Virus record (IMG/VR): IMGVR_UViG_3300032309_001784
Coordinates: 1-50,603 of that record
Origin: a virus
Taxonomy: Duplodnaviria > Caudoviricetes
Strand: one strand, 5' to 3'
Length of the DNA: 50,603 nt
The first letter of the stretch is position 1, and each line of letters begins with the position of its first letter. The notes beneath the pieces are model-generated. The model searched no databases. It saw only the letters and a program-made list of their open reading frames with translations, and was not told the DNA's origin. Made by a program: the position numbers and the translations under genes. This document shows, in pieces, positions 1-10,000 of the stretch.

Positions 1-110
1 AGCGGCAGGGCGAGTACCAAATTAGGTACTTACGATGCCGCGATTGCGGCTGCACAGATAAGCACGTGCTGCCGTCTGCCGAGGTTCGCCGGCTCAAGGC
101 CGCGGGCTAG
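1..110 (+). CDS. 3' part of small Ogr/Delta-like zinc-finger protein (5' part at window end)
   Basis: Frame 3 reads RQGEYQIRYLRCRDCGCTDKHVLPSAEVRRLKAAG*; joins in frame with MAAKSGDDCPQCKCG at 50558-50603. Confidence 0.65.
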   Translation, partial: RQGEYQIRYLRCRDCGCTDKHVLPSAEVRRLKAAG

Positions 111-135
111 TCCTTTACTGCCCGCCGTGCGTGTG

Positions 136-166
136 CTGCAAGGGTTGGGCCTCGTCTCCGTAGCGT
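136..166 (+). promoter_or_regulatory. Putative late promoter CTGCAAG-N18-TAGCGT upstream of major capsid gene
   Basis: Same motif with the same 18-nt spacing recurs at 5246, 33139, 36185 and 43593. Confidence 0.7.
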
Positions 167-216
167 GAGGGTATCGGCGGCATCGGTCGCCGCCCCCGAA
201 CACAGGAGACGCTCAC

Positions 217-1587
217 GTGGCTGTCGAAAAGCTCAAGGCTCTGCTCGATGAACTCGCTGCCGTTGTCGCCGAGATGGAGGCGATGACCGAAGACGCCCCC
301 GAGGGCGGAGAGGCCGCGCCGATGACCGAGGAGCAGGAGGCGTCGCTCCGCAGCCTTGAGACCAAGGCCGACAAGCTCCGCGAGCGGATTGAGTTCGTGC
401 AGCGCGTTCAGGTGAAGGAAAGCGAACTGCGGGCCGTTTTGGAGCGTGCTGCTCCGGCCAAGGCGATCGAGACCCCCGAGTCGAAGGAGACTGCCGTGGA
501 GAAGCGTGAGTATGCCGTGCCCAAGTCGCACAACAACCTCCGCGCGTTCAAGGACGCCGAGACCGCGTACCGCGCGGGAATGCACCTGAAGGGCTACGTG
601 TTCGGCGATGCCGAAGCCCGTCGGTGGTGCCAGGATCACGGCGTCGAGACCCGCGCCCAGGCCGGCGGAATCAATTCGCTCGGCGGTGTCCTTTCGAGCC
701 CTGAACTCAGCAATGAGATCATCAGGCTTGTGGAGGAGTTTGGCGTGTTTCCTCAGTACGCGAAGCGAGCTGTGATGAACAGCGACACGCTCGTTTACCC
801 GCGTCGCACCGGCGGCCTGACCGCCCGTCCGGTCGGCGAGAACGTCGAAGTGACCCAGAGCGACGTGACGTTTGACAACGTCGAGCTCAACGCGCGAATC
901 TGGGGCGTGGCGAACCGCACCCCGAACTCGCTGCTCGAAGACTCGGTGATTGACCTCGCCGATGCGATGGCGGTCGAAGTGGGCCAGGCGTTTGCCGAAG
1001 CCTTCGACAACGCCGGCTTCATCGGTGACGGCACGCTGGCCTACCACGGCGTGACCGGCGTGGCGACGAAGGTTCTCCAGTCGGCCTACTCGGCGAGCGT
1101 CGTGACTGCCACGGGCAACACGACCTTCGGCGACCTGACCATGCGGAACTTCACCGACGTGCTGGCCCGGCTCCCGCTCTTTGCGAGGAACCGGAACGCT
1201 CGCTGGTACATCTCCCCGGCCGGCTGGGGCTCGGCGATGCTGCGGCTCGCCATGCTCCCCGGCGGCACGTCCAACGCTGGCGGAAACAACTCGGGCAACA
1301 TCGCCGCCGGTTTCGGCGAGACGTTCCTGGGCTACCCCGTCACGCTGGTGCAGCCGATGGAAAGCCGCGTGACCGGCACGACCGGCCAGGTGGCCGCCCT
1401 GTTCGGCGACTTGAGCCAGGCGGCGATCTTCGGCGAGCGTCGGGCCATCTCGATCAAGACCGCTTCCGAGCGGTACATCGAGTTCGATCAGACCTTGACG
1501 TTTGCTACGGCTCGCAATGCGATGGTCGTGTCCGACCTGGGCTCGACCACGAAGGCCGGCCCGCTCGTTGCCCTCAAGTTCGGCTGA
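217..1587 (+). CDS. HK97-fold major capsid protein with N-terminal coiled-coil delta domain
   Basis: 456 aa; helical N-terminal scaffold region; motifs GENVEVTQSDVTFDNVEL, AFDNAGFIGDGT, FLGYPV, ALFGDLS; RBS AGGAG; follows the prohead protease circularly. Confidence 0.93.
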   Translation: MAVEKLKALLDELAAVVAEMEAMTEDAPEGGEAAPMTEEQEASLRSLETKADKLRERIEFVQRVQVKESELRAVLERAAPAKAIETPESKETAVEKREYAVPKSHNNLRAFKDAETAYRAGMHLKGYVFGDAEARRWCQDHGVETRAQAGGINSLGGVLSSPELSNEIIRLVEEFGVFPQYAKRAVMNSDTLVYPRRTGGLTARPVGENVEVTQSDVTFDNVELNARIWGVANRTPNSLLEDSVIDLADAMAVEVGQAFAEAFDNAGFIGDGTLAYHGVTGVATKVLQSAYSASVVTATGNTTFGDLTMRNFTDVLARLPLFARNRNARWYISPAGWGSAMLRLAMLPGGTSNAGGNNSGNIAAGFGETFLGYPVTLVQPMESRVTGTTGQVAALFGDLSQAAIFGERRAISIKTASERYIEFDQTLTFATARNAMVVSDLGSTTKAGPLVALKFG

Positions 1588-1616
1588 TAACGACACCCTT
1601 TAGGAGACCCTGACCC

Positions 1617-2066
1617 ATGAATTTTGGTGCTGCACAGAAGTCGGTGTCGAAGGCCGAAGCCTCAGTGGCCTCGAACGCGACCCACTCGCTTGAAATCGAT
1701 ACGCTCGGATTTGCTTACGCGTCGATCGACGTTCTCTTCACGCCGTTCACGGCCGCTGCCGCCACCGCTGCGACGGCCGCCACGGTGCTGCGTCTGGCCC
1801 AGAGCGACACCAGCGGTGCCGCGGGCACGGCGAACCTCTACGTGCAGGGCGTCGATTACACGGTGGCCGCTGGCACGACCGCCACGGCTGGCGTGGGCTA
1901 CGCCCACCGCTTCGACGTGGACTTGAGGGGCAAGAGACGTTACCTCACGGTGTTCGCGACCCCGGTTTCCACGGTGGGTATCGTGACCTCGTGCCGTCTC
2001 TCGAAGGGCGAGGCCGGCCCGATGTCGGTGGGCGACAAGGGCGTGAACACGCAGGCCGTCGGCTGA
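1617..2066 (+). CDS. Putative capsid decoration/auxiliary virion protein
   Basis: 149-aa Ala/Thr-rich beta-type ORF directly after the capsid gene, RBS AGGAG. Confidence 0.6.
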   Translation: MNFGAAQKSVSKAEASVASNATHSLEIDTLGFAYASIDVLFTPFTAAAATAATAATVLRLAQSDTSGAAGTANLYVQGVDYTVAAGTTATAGVGYAHRFDVDLRGKRRYLTVFATPVSTVGIVTSCRLSKGEAGPMSVGDKGVNTQAVG

Positions 2067-2090
2067 TCGGCTTGACACGCGAACGAAAGT

Positions 2091-2132
2091 AGACGGCGGG
2101 AAGGCGACGAGCCTCCCCGCCGTCTCTCTTTT
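2091..2132 (+). terminator. Probable intrinsic terminator after capsid genes
   Basis: Stem AGACGGCGGG (2091-2100) / CCCGCCGTCT (2116-2125) followed by CTCTTTT. Confidence 0.55.
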
Positions 2133-2143
2133 AGGAGCTCGCC

Positions 2144-2878
2144 GTGATCGTTCAAGTTGGTGATTCCCGCGTCGAAGTGCGTGCCGAAGCCGTCTTGTCT
2201 GGCCCGAGATTCGGGCCGCTCATCAACGCCTTCGGGTTTATTGAGGCGTTGATGCCGCTGCACATCCGCCCGACGCTCGGGCAGGGAGCCTACTGGAGCC
2301 AGGTTCTCACGCGGATGCTAGAGCAGTTCGAGCCGACGACTGAGTTCATTATCACGCTCGATATGGACAGCTTCGTGAGTCGCGAGCAGATTGAACACCT
2401 ATTCGCCTTGGCGCTGACATTTCAGTGCGATGCTTTGGCCCCGCTCCAGACGAAGAGGGAGGACGGCAGGCCGATGCTCACGCTGCTCGACACGCTGGAC
2501 AACCCGCCCGAGGGCGGCGTCACGTCGGTGCCCGTGGAGTGGTTCGGCCACCCGGTTAGGCAAGTCGATACGGCGCATTTTGGGTGCACCATCATCTCGA
2601 CGGCGGCTCTGCGGCGGATGAAAAAGCCGTGGTTCTACGAGCAGGCAGATCCGCAGGGCGGGTACGGCGAAGGCCGAGTCGATGCCGACATCGGGTTCTG
2701 GCGTCAGTGGAAGGCCAGCGGCAACCGGCTCTACGTGACGCCTCGCGTGTGCATTGGGCATGGCGAATACGTAATCACGTGGCCGGGGCAGAACCTTGGA
2801 GGCCCGGTCTATCAGTACACGACAGAGTGGCAGGAAACCCGGAAACCACCGGAAACTGCATGGAGGGTGGGCGAATGA
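2144..2878 (+). CDS. GT-A fold (GT2-like) glycosyltransferase
   Basis: DxD motif (ITLDMDS), AHFGCTIIS, DADIGFW, VCIGH. Confidence 0.65.
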   Translation: MIVQVGDSRVEVRAEAVLSGPRFGPLINAFGFIEALMPLHIRPTLGQGAYWSQVLTRMLEQFEPTTEFIITLDMDSFVSREQIEHLFALALTFQCDALAPLQTKREDGRPMLTLLDTLDNPPEGGVTSVPVEWFGHPVRQVDTAHFGCTIISTAALRRMKKPWFYEQADPQGGYGEGRVDADIGFWRQWKASGNRLYVTPRVCIGHGEYVITWPGQNLGGPVYQYTTEWQETRKPPETAWRVGE

Positions 2879-3090
2879 CGAAGATAGAAATGGTGCGGCT
2901 ACGGATGAGAAAGGCACACGGTGCCTACCGGGTCGGCGAGATCGTGGAACTGCCAGAGCGTGACGCCGAGTCGCTGATCGCCTGGGAGTACGCGGAGCGG
3001 GCCGCAGACAAGCAGACGATGATCGAGACCGCCAGCGTGGAGCCGGCGACGCAGACGGCAGACGTGACGCCGCGGAGACGACGCAAGTGA
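2875..3090 (+). CDS. Small head-associated hypothetical protein
   Basis: ATG overlaps upstream stop (ATGA); YRVGEIVELPERDAESLI resembles small proteins found beside capsid genes. Confidence 0.6.
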   Translation: MTKIEMVRLRMRKAHGAYRVGEIVELPERDAESLIAWEYAERAADKQTMIETASVEPATQTADVTPRRRRK

Positions 3091-3668
3091 TGCAACGCTA
3101 CCGCAGCCTGAAGCGAACCGCCGCCCCGGCGGTCGAGCCCGTGACGCTCTCCGAAGCCAAGGCCCACTGCCGGGTCGATGCGTCGGCCGACGATACGCTG
3201 ATCACGAATCTGATCACGACCGCCCGCGAGCTCGTAGAGGACTACATCGACCGAGCTCTCGTGACCCAGCGGCTCGTGATGAAGATCGACCAGTTTCCCT
3301 ACGAAATTGAACTGCCTCGCCCGCCGATGGCATCTGGCGGAACCGTCACGGCGGTGACGATCACGTACACGATTGCGGATAGCAGCACGGCGACGCTTGC
3401 GGCAACCGACTACCGGGTGGATCGCGACTCCACGCCGGGCCGCATTCGCACGACCTACAACGGCTCCTGGCCGTCGGCGTTACTGGATGCAAACGCGATC
3501 ACGGTCACATGGTGGGCTGGCTACGGCTCCTCAAGCGACATCCCGCAGCGGGTGAAGTCGGCCATGCTGATGACGATCCTCGAACTCTATGAAAAGCGTG
3601 GCGACGGGCAGATGCCCGATGGTGCCAAGCGGCTGCTCGATACCGTCTCGTGGGGGAGCTACACGTGA
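3090..3668 (+). CDS. Head-tail connector protein (gp6-like)
   Basis: EPVTLSEAKAHCRVD...DDTLITNLITTARELVEDY motif; position after capsid. Confidence 0.88.
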   Translation: MQRYRSLKRTAAPAVEPVTLSEAKAHCRVDASADDTLITNLITTARELVEDYIDRALVTQRLVMKIDQFPYEIELPRPPMASGGTVTAVTITYTIADSSTATLAATDYRVDRDSTPGRIRTTYNGSWPSALLDANAITVTWWAGYGSSSDIPQRVKSAMLMTILELYEKRGDGQMPDGAKRLLDTVSWGSYT

Positions 3669-4111
3669 GCCTGTCGGCAGAAGTGTTTTTCAGCATCGTC
3701 GCGGTGGAGACCGACACGACCGACATTGCGCGAAATAGTCGCGTCACGCGAGCGGATTACTTCCAGGCGCTCACCGAAGGCACCGCCGCGAACCAAGCAC
3801 AGATCGTGTGGAGCGATTCGCGGGTGAGCGGCGGCACCGACACGATCCAGTTGGATAGCCTGTCCGACACCCGCGACGGGGCGAGCGTGTCGGTGGTTTT
3901 TTCCGCCGTAAAAACGATCTACGTTCGCAACACAGGCAGCACGCACACGCTCACGCTGACCGGCTCGTTCTCTGGCAGCGTTGCCCCTGGCGGCATCTTT
4001 GCGGTCGTGAACCCGACGGCGGCGGGGGCGTCGGCTTCGTCGCTGTTCGTGACGAGCACGGCCGGCGCGACCTATGACATCGTCGTGGTCGGCGAGGGCA
4101 CGATCATATGA
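3665..4111 (+). CDS. Hypothetical virion protein
   Basis: GTG overlapping upstream stop; Ser/Thr-rich beta protein within the neck module. Confidence 0.55.
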   Translation: MSLSAEVFFSIVAVETDTTDIARNSRVTRADYFQALTEGTAANQAQIVWSDSRVSGGTDTIQLDSLSDTRDGASVSVVFSAVKTIYVRNTGSTHTLTLTGSFSGSVAPGGIFAVVNPTAAGASASSLFVTSTAGATYDIVVVGEGTII

Positions 4112-4425
4112 TCGACGCCGGGCAACTCCGCGAACGGATCACGGTAGAGCAGCCGACCGAATCGCGGAACCGGCTGGGCGAGACGACCTACACGTACTCG
4201 TCGTTCGCAGAAGTATGGGCTAGCGTCACGGGCGTGACGGCGCGGGAGTTCCTCCTGGCGAACACCCAGCAAACCGAGATCACGCACCGGATTCGGATGC
4301 GGTATCTGACGGGGCTCACGAACCAGATGCGGATCTCGTGGCGGGGGCGAACGCTTCAGATCATCTCGGTGCTAGAGCGCGAGAACCGGAGTGAGCACGA
4401 ACTGATCTGCTCGGAGACCGTCTAG
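4108..4425 (+). CDS. Head closure / head-tail adaptor (SPP1 gp16-like)
   Basis: AGQLRERITVEQ...EVWASV...THRIRMRY...MRISWRGRTLQIISV. Confidence 0.88.
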   Translation: MIDAGQLRERITVEQPTESRNRLGETTYTYSSFAEVWASVTGVTAREFLLANTQQTEITHRIRMRYLTGLTNQMRISWRGRTLQIISVLERENRSEHELICSETV

Positions 4426-5243
4426 TGGCTGTCGGCGGCGTCCAGATCAATATCAACGCTGAAGAACTGCGCGGGCTGCGTGACAAGCTCGCGTCGTTCT
4501 TTCCGAACAAGCAGGCCGCCGACGTGATCGGCGACGCGGTGCGGAAGGCGATCCAGCCGATGACACGCAGGCTGCGAGAGATCACGCCCGTCGGCCCGAC
4601 GGGCAACTTAAAGCGGGCGGTCACGTCGAAGGTCGTAAAGTACAAGCAGACCGGCGTGGCGGTCGGGATCGTAGGCTACACGCGAGCCGGTGAAAGCGGT
4701 TCCGCGTCGGCGGCTGGCGGGTCCGTTCGCGTTGGCAAAGACCGGGCCTTTCATCAGTGGCTCCTCGAATTCGGCACGAAGCGCCGCGTGCTGACAACGA
4801 TCTCGAACAAGCCGTACCAACGCAAGAGCCCGACGACGCCGTTCACACGCGTTCGCCTGGGGCAGCAAGAGACGGTTCGCGGCAAAGGCGTGGTGCATTG
4901 GGTGAGCGGCCAGAACGCCGTTATCGCAAGTTCTTTCAACAGGCTCGGCCCGTTTCAAGTGGTGAAAGGCCGCAGCGACCGTGCAGGCGTGCAGACCGAT
5001 CCGAACTACCCTGCGGCGTTTTTTAAGAAGGCAAAAAAGGGGCAGCCACTCATTATCGAGGCTTCCCCGGAAGGCGGCGTGAAGGGCATCCCCCCAGTGC
5101 AGACGGCGTTCGTACAGACGCAAGGCGAGATCGCCGCCATCCTCCAGCGGGAGCTCTCGCTGTCGCTGTCTCAGGCGTGGTCGTCGCTCCGCATCCGCGA
5201 CACCGGAAGCGTCTCGGGCACCGACTCGCTCGGGCCGGGCTGA
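4425..5243 (+). CDS. HK97 gp10-like neck protein (extended)
   Basis: TPVGPTGNLKRAV and WLLEFGTK motifs; synteny. Confidence 0.72.
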   Translation: MAVGGVQININAEELRGLRDKLASFFPNKQAADVIGDAVRKAIQPMTRRLREITPVGPTGNLKRAVTSKVVKYKQTGVAVGIVGYTRAGESGSASAAGGSVRVGKDRAFHQWLLEFGTKRRVLTTISNKPYQRKSPTTPFTRVRLGQQETVRGKGVVHWVSGQNAVIASSFNRLGPFQVVKGRSDRAGVQTDPNYPAAFFKKAKKGQPLIIEASPEGGVKGIPPVQTAFVQTQGEIAAILQRELSLSLSQAWSSLRIRDTGSVSGTDSLGPG

Positions 5244-5245
5244 CG

Positions 5246-5276
5246 CTGCAAGCGTCGGGGGTGCCGCCGGCACAAT
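5246..5276 (+). promoter_or_regulatory. Putative late promoter CTGCAAG-N18-CACAAT, leaderless start at 5283
   Basis: Motif copy; ATG lies 6 nt after the -10-like hexamer and there is no SD. Confidence 0.6.
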
Positions 5277-5282
5277 CGGGGT

Positions 5283-5702
5283 ATGGCCTTCAAGAGCCCC
5301 GAAGCCGCCGTTCGTTCAGCCCTCGTAGACAACGCAACCGTTGCCGCGATCATCGGTACGCGGATCTATCCCGTCATCGCCCCGGCCTCTGCGGCGGTCC
5401 CGTTTGCCACGTACCGCCGATCGGCTGTCCAGCGGTCGCAGAGCCTTGCCGGCCCGACGGGCGTCACTACCGTGATCCTGGCCCTCGACCTCTACGCGGA
5501 GTCATACGAGGCAGTAAGAGAACTGGCGGAAGTGTGCCGTCTCGCGCTGGATGGGTACGGGGGACTTACGCCAGACTCAGTGTTAGTGAACAACGTCAGC
5601 CTTGACAACGAGGCTGACGGGTTCGCCCAACTCGCCGGTGGCGAGTCACCACCGCTTTACTCGGTTTCGCAAACGTACTCTATCCTCTGGCAGGAGACAT
5701 AA
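5283..5702 (+). CDS. Tail terminator / tail completion protein (DUF3168-like)
   Basis: IIGTRIYPVIAP...PFATY...LDLYAESYEAVRELAEVCRLALDG. Confidence 0.8.
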   Translation: MAFKSPEAAVRSALVDNATVAAIIGTRIYPVIAPASAAVPFATYRRSAVQRSQSLAGPTGVTTVILALDLYAESYEAVRELAEVCRLALDGYGGLTPDSVLVNNVSLDNEADGFAQLAGGESPPLYSVSQTYSILWQET

Positions 5703-5705
5703 AAG

Positions 5706-6101
5706 ATGTCGGCAACCCCGCATGATGGAACCGGAACAGTTCTTCGCCTTGGTGCTACGGCCTACACGGTGACCAACATCGTGATCACTCAGACCGACCC
5801 GACTGCCGATCAAGAGAAGATTGACGTGAGCCATCTGGGCTTGACCACCGGCAATTCGATCGCCACGATCGACCGGCCGCTCCAGGGTTCCACGACCGAC
5901 ACCGGCCGCCAGGTGCAGTTCGATTACCTGGGTAAGGTGCTGATTGCCGACGCCTCGACGGGCACGTGCTCGATCACGGTGGCCGGCGCGGCTCTGACGG
6001 GGTTCTCTTCGCTCGCGTACACGGTCAACTCCTCGACGCTCACGTTCGCCGTGAACGACGCGATTCGTGGACAGGCCACCCTCCGGGTTGCCCGCGTCTA
6101 A
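5706..6101 (+). CDS. Putative major tail (tube) protein
   Basis: Follows terminator gene; IDVSHL motif; beta-rich 131 aa. Confidence 0.6.
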   Translation: MSATPHDGTGTVLRLGATAYTVTNIVITQTDPTADQEKIDVSHLGLTTGNSIATIDRPLQGSTTDTGRQVQFDYLGKVLIADASTGTCSITVAGAALTGFSSLAYTVNSSTLTFAVNDAIRGQATLRVARV

Positions 6102-6122
6102 TTGCCGTGACGGAGGCCCGTC

Positions 6123-6443
6123 ATGGCGACTGTATGCACGGGCGTAAGCGTAACGTGGGCGAGCGTTAGTCTTGGTGAAGTCACCGAGATCGACGTGAAC
6201 GTGGGCGGCAGTCTGCCGCTCGGGCGCGACTCCACGTTTTCAGTTGACGCAGGCACTATCACTTTGAAGTGTCTGAGCGCGGCAGCAATCGGCTTATCGC
6301 AGTACGGGGTTCAGGGTACGCTCGCTATCACAGGCGGCGGGCTTACTCTGACCCACAAGGCGATCTGCCAGACGTTGACGCTCTCGGGCCGGGTCAATGA
6401 CGTGGCTCGGTATAGCGCGACCTTCAAACTTGTGAGGCAATAG
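6123..6443 (+). CDS. Second tail-tube-like protein
   Basis: Beta-rich; C-terminus GRVNDVARYSATFKL resembles upstream FAVNDAIRGQATLRV. Confidence 0.5.
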   Translation: MATVCTGVSVTWASVSLGEVTEIDVNVGGSLPLGRDSTFSVDAGTITLKCLSAAAIGLSQYGVQGTLAITGGGLTLTHKAICQTLTLSGRVNDVARYSATFKLVRQ

Positions 6444-6788
6444 ATGGCACTGACAGCAGACCAGATTCTCGCGGCGGACGACCTTGGGCTGAAGGAGGTC
6501 AAGGTTAAGGAATGGAACGGCAGCGTGTTCATTCGCGTGATGTCCGTGGCGGAACGCGACGCCTACGAGCGGATGTGGATCGGCAAAAAAGATTCCGGCG
6601 TGGCGAACTTCCGCACCGAGTACCTCGTGCGGTTGCTGTGCGACGAGAAGGGGGAACTCCTCTTCACGAAGGAGCAGATCGAGAAGCTCGGGCAGAAGAG
6701 CGGTGCGGTAATGGCGCGCCTGTTCGACGCCGCGATCCGCCACAACGCAATGTCGGAGGCAGATGTCGAAGAGTTGGGAAAAGGTTGA
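6444..6788 (+). CDS. Tail assembly chaperone (gpG-like)
   Basis: EVKVKEWNGSVFIRVMS...LCDEKGELLF; precedes tape measure gene. Confidence 0.85.
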   Translation: MALTADQILAADDLGLKEVKVKEWNGSVFIRVMSVAERDAYERMWIGKKDSGVANFRTEYLVRLLCDEKGELLFTKEQIEKLGQKSGAVMARLFDAAIRHNAMSEADVEELGKG

Positions 6789-7096
6789 ATGTCTCGCCAG
6801 TTCGCCGGTTCATGTTCCGGCTGGCGGGACACTTGAAGATGACGGTCGGCGAGCTAGCAAGACGAATGGATTCACAAGAACTTGCGGAGTGGATGGCCTA
6901 TACGCGGTACTACGAAGCAATAGGGAACCCGTGGGCAGAGACCGGGCTGATCGTGTCGGCGTTGCTTGCACCGCACGCCCCGAAGGGCAAAGCACCGAAG
7001 CCGAGCGACTTCATTCCGATTGAAACTCCACCGCAGCATGAGGCCCAAGCCCGCGAAGTTCTTCTGGATTTGAAACGGCAACTAGGGATCGAGTGA
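6776..7096 (+). CDS. -1 frameshift extension of tail chaperone (gpGT-like)
   Basis: Slippery G GGA AAA at 6776-6782 just before the stop; -1 frame stays open to 7096 (RLAGHLKMTVGEL...ELAEWMAY). Confidence 0.8.
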   Translation, partial: GKRLNVSPVRRFMFRLAGHLKMTVGELARRMDSQELAEWMAYTRYYEAIGNPWAETGLIVSALLAPHAPKGKAPKPSDFIPIETPPQHEAQAREVLLDLKRQLGIE

Positions 7097-7097
7097 G

Positions 7098-10000
7098 ATG
7101 GCAACGATTCTCGGGCTGGCGCTCAAGATCAACGCGGACGCGAGCGGCGTTCCGCGTTCGCTCACGCCTGTCGAGAAGGCGTTGCGGTCGCTTGACGTTG
7201 AAGCGGCGAAGGTCACGAAGGTATTCGAGAACTTCGCTAAAGCCAGTGGCGCGGCCGCCGACGTGCAGAGGCGATTTGAGTCGGAGATCCAAAGTCTCAC
7301 GCAAGCCCTGCAAGCCGGCGAGATCAACGGGCAGCAGTTTGCGGATGGGTTCGCAGCGATTCGGGCCGCTGCCGGCGACTTGGCCGAAACCTTTGCCGAA
7401 GGTGCCCGCGTCACTGAGCAGTATCGAACAGAGGAAGACCGGCGAGCGGAGACGCTGGAACGCCTGGCGACCTTGCTTGAGGCTGGAGCGATCTCTGAGG
7501 CGACCTACTCTCGGGCTCGGGCCGAAGCAAGCGGCGCAAACGCTGCCGCAGCCAGAGAGGAGCAGACAAGGCTCGCGCAGATCAACAGCCTCCAGTCAGA
7601 GGCCGCAGCCATCACGGCCAGGTATCAGACAGATCAAGAAAAGCGAGCGGCGTCGGAAGCCCGCCTGAACACGCTGCGCGAAGCAGGAGTGTTGAGCGAG
7701 GAAACATACAAGCGTGCGATTGAGGATGCGAGCGGGGCGACGCAGGCGGCAGTAAAGGCAGAGCAGGAGCGATCAGCAGCTCTTGCTGAAGGCAAGAGGC
7801 TGACTGATCAGTTTTTGTCTGCCGACCAACAACGTGCGGCGGAACTGCAACGGCTCAACTCCCTCTACCGCAATGGGACTATCGAGGCCGAGACGTTTGC
7901 CCGAGCCGTTGCGTCATCGTCGCAGCAGGGAGACAGCACGCAGCTACAGCGGTTCGCGGAGGCAATCGGGCCTCTGCGCGAACAAGCCCAATCGGGGGCT
8001 ATGTCGCTTGAGGAGTTCCAGCGTGCGGCGGCTGGTATTGCCGACGCGGTCGCCGCATCGACCGCCCCAACGGTTCGCTCTGCCGAGGCAATCCTTGAAC
8101 TAAAGTCGCGGCTTGATGCCGGGACGATTTCTATTGAGGAATACCGGGCGCAGTTCGCTCAAATCCAGAGCGGCGATTTCCGCAGCACGTTCACTGTGGA
8201 GGTGCTCGGCGTCCGCGAGGGAGTTGAGGCGACCGAGCGCCTGCAATCGGCGGTTTCTAGCCTGCAAGGAACGCAGATAGAAGCCGCGTTGCAGATCACC
8301 GGCACAGAAAGCATCGACCAACTCAGGAGTCAATTCGCCAGCATCGACGGCGCGAAGATCGACGCGATCCTTCAAGTGCTGGGTGTCGAGACTGTTGACG
8401 AGGCAAAGGCCAGGCTGGCGACCATCGACGGCACGACCGTCACTGCTCAGTTGAACACGGTCGGTATTGAAAGCATCGCGCAAGCGCAGCAGGCCATCGA
8501 CAGCCTAGAGGGTAAGCAAGTCGAGGCCGTGCTGGAAATCACAGGCGCAGAGAGCATCGAGCAACTGCGGAGTGAGTTCGCCAGCATCGACGAGACAAGA
8601 ATTGATGCCGTTTTAGAAATCCTTGGCGTCGATGCCGTGGACGATGCCAAGGCTCGGCTGGCATCTCTGCAAGGAACGCAGATCGAAGCTGTGCTGCGCG
8701 TGCTGGGCGTTGATACTGTTGACGAAGCCAGATCGCGACTGGCGTCCCTTGACGGTACTACCGTCACCGCTGAACTAAACGCGGTTGGCATGGAAAGCAT
8801 CGAGCAGGCGCAGCGGGTCATTGACTCGCTGGAAGGCAAGGACATCACGGTCCTCGCCGAGACGCTCGGTGCCAGTTCTGTCGAAGAACTCACACAAATC
8901 ATCAACGCGGTGGAGTCGAAGACAGTATCGGTCGAAACCTCCACGAACGCCGACGAAACCGCCCGTGCCGTCCGGTCTCTGGTCGAAGAGCAAGATGCCT
9001 ACCAGTCGCTCCTTCGCGATGCCGAACGGCTGAACGAGGCGAATAGGTCTTCCGCCGAGAAGCAGGCCAGGCAGTTAGAACGACTCGATGCCGTCTACGC
9101 CACCGGAAAGCTGAGAATTGAGGCGTACAACGCTGAGGCGGCAAGGATTCTTGGCATCAATGAACTTGCGGCAGCGTCGGAGAGAGAGCGTGCTGCTGCG
9201 TCTGCTGCCGCAGCCGCCGACCAAGCCGCCGCGTCGCGGATCATCGAGGCAAACCTTACGAAGCAGGAGCGAGCGCAACGTGATTTTGAAAAATCGACGC
9301 AGGAGCTCAACCGTCTGAGGGCGGCGGGACGACTAACGGAATCCGATTACGCAACCGCGCTTCAGAGGACAGCGGATGCTTATGCCAAGGCCACAATCGC
9401 GGCGTCAAAGTTTGACGCTGCATCAGACAAGGCCAGTGGCGCTAGCGTTTTGAAGTTCAATGAACTGTCAGGAATCCTCTCTGCTCTGCCAGGTCCGATA
9501 GGGAATGTGGCCGGCAGGCTCTCGGGGCTGTCGTCTGCCGGTGAGGGGCTAGCGCGCGTGTTCTCTGGCGGGCTGGCTGGCGGGCTGTCGAGCGTGGGCA
9601 AGAGTGTCGCGGCCCTGGTCAATCCGTTTACGCTGGCGGTGGGTGGCGTTGTAGCGTTTGGGGCTGCGGCCCTTGCTGTCACTCGCGGGCTTGCAGCCTT
9701 GGAGGATCGTGTCGAGAACCTTGGCAACATTGCCGACAAGCTCGGCGTGTCCTTTGAGTTCATCCAAACGCTCGAAGAGGCGGCGAACCGCAGCGGTACA
9801 AGCATCGACGCAGTGAGTGCCGCGTTCGGCAGGCTTCAGAAGAGCGTGCTCGGCGTGGACGAGGAGAGCAAAGCCGCGCAGAAGGCGCTTTCGGAAATTG
9901 GCGTCACCGCAGAGGAGTTGGCACAACTCTCACCGGAGGATCAGTACCAGCGAATCGGGGCGGCTCTCGCCGACATCGAAGACCCGGCACGAAGAACGGC

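Noticed and set aside
115-1596. Long antisense ORFs opposite capsid, portal (47577..49130), beta-clamp (27073..28272) and ATPase (19818..21158) genes
   Set aside because: Shadow ORFs typical of high-GC codon bias; the sense-strand products have clear motifs
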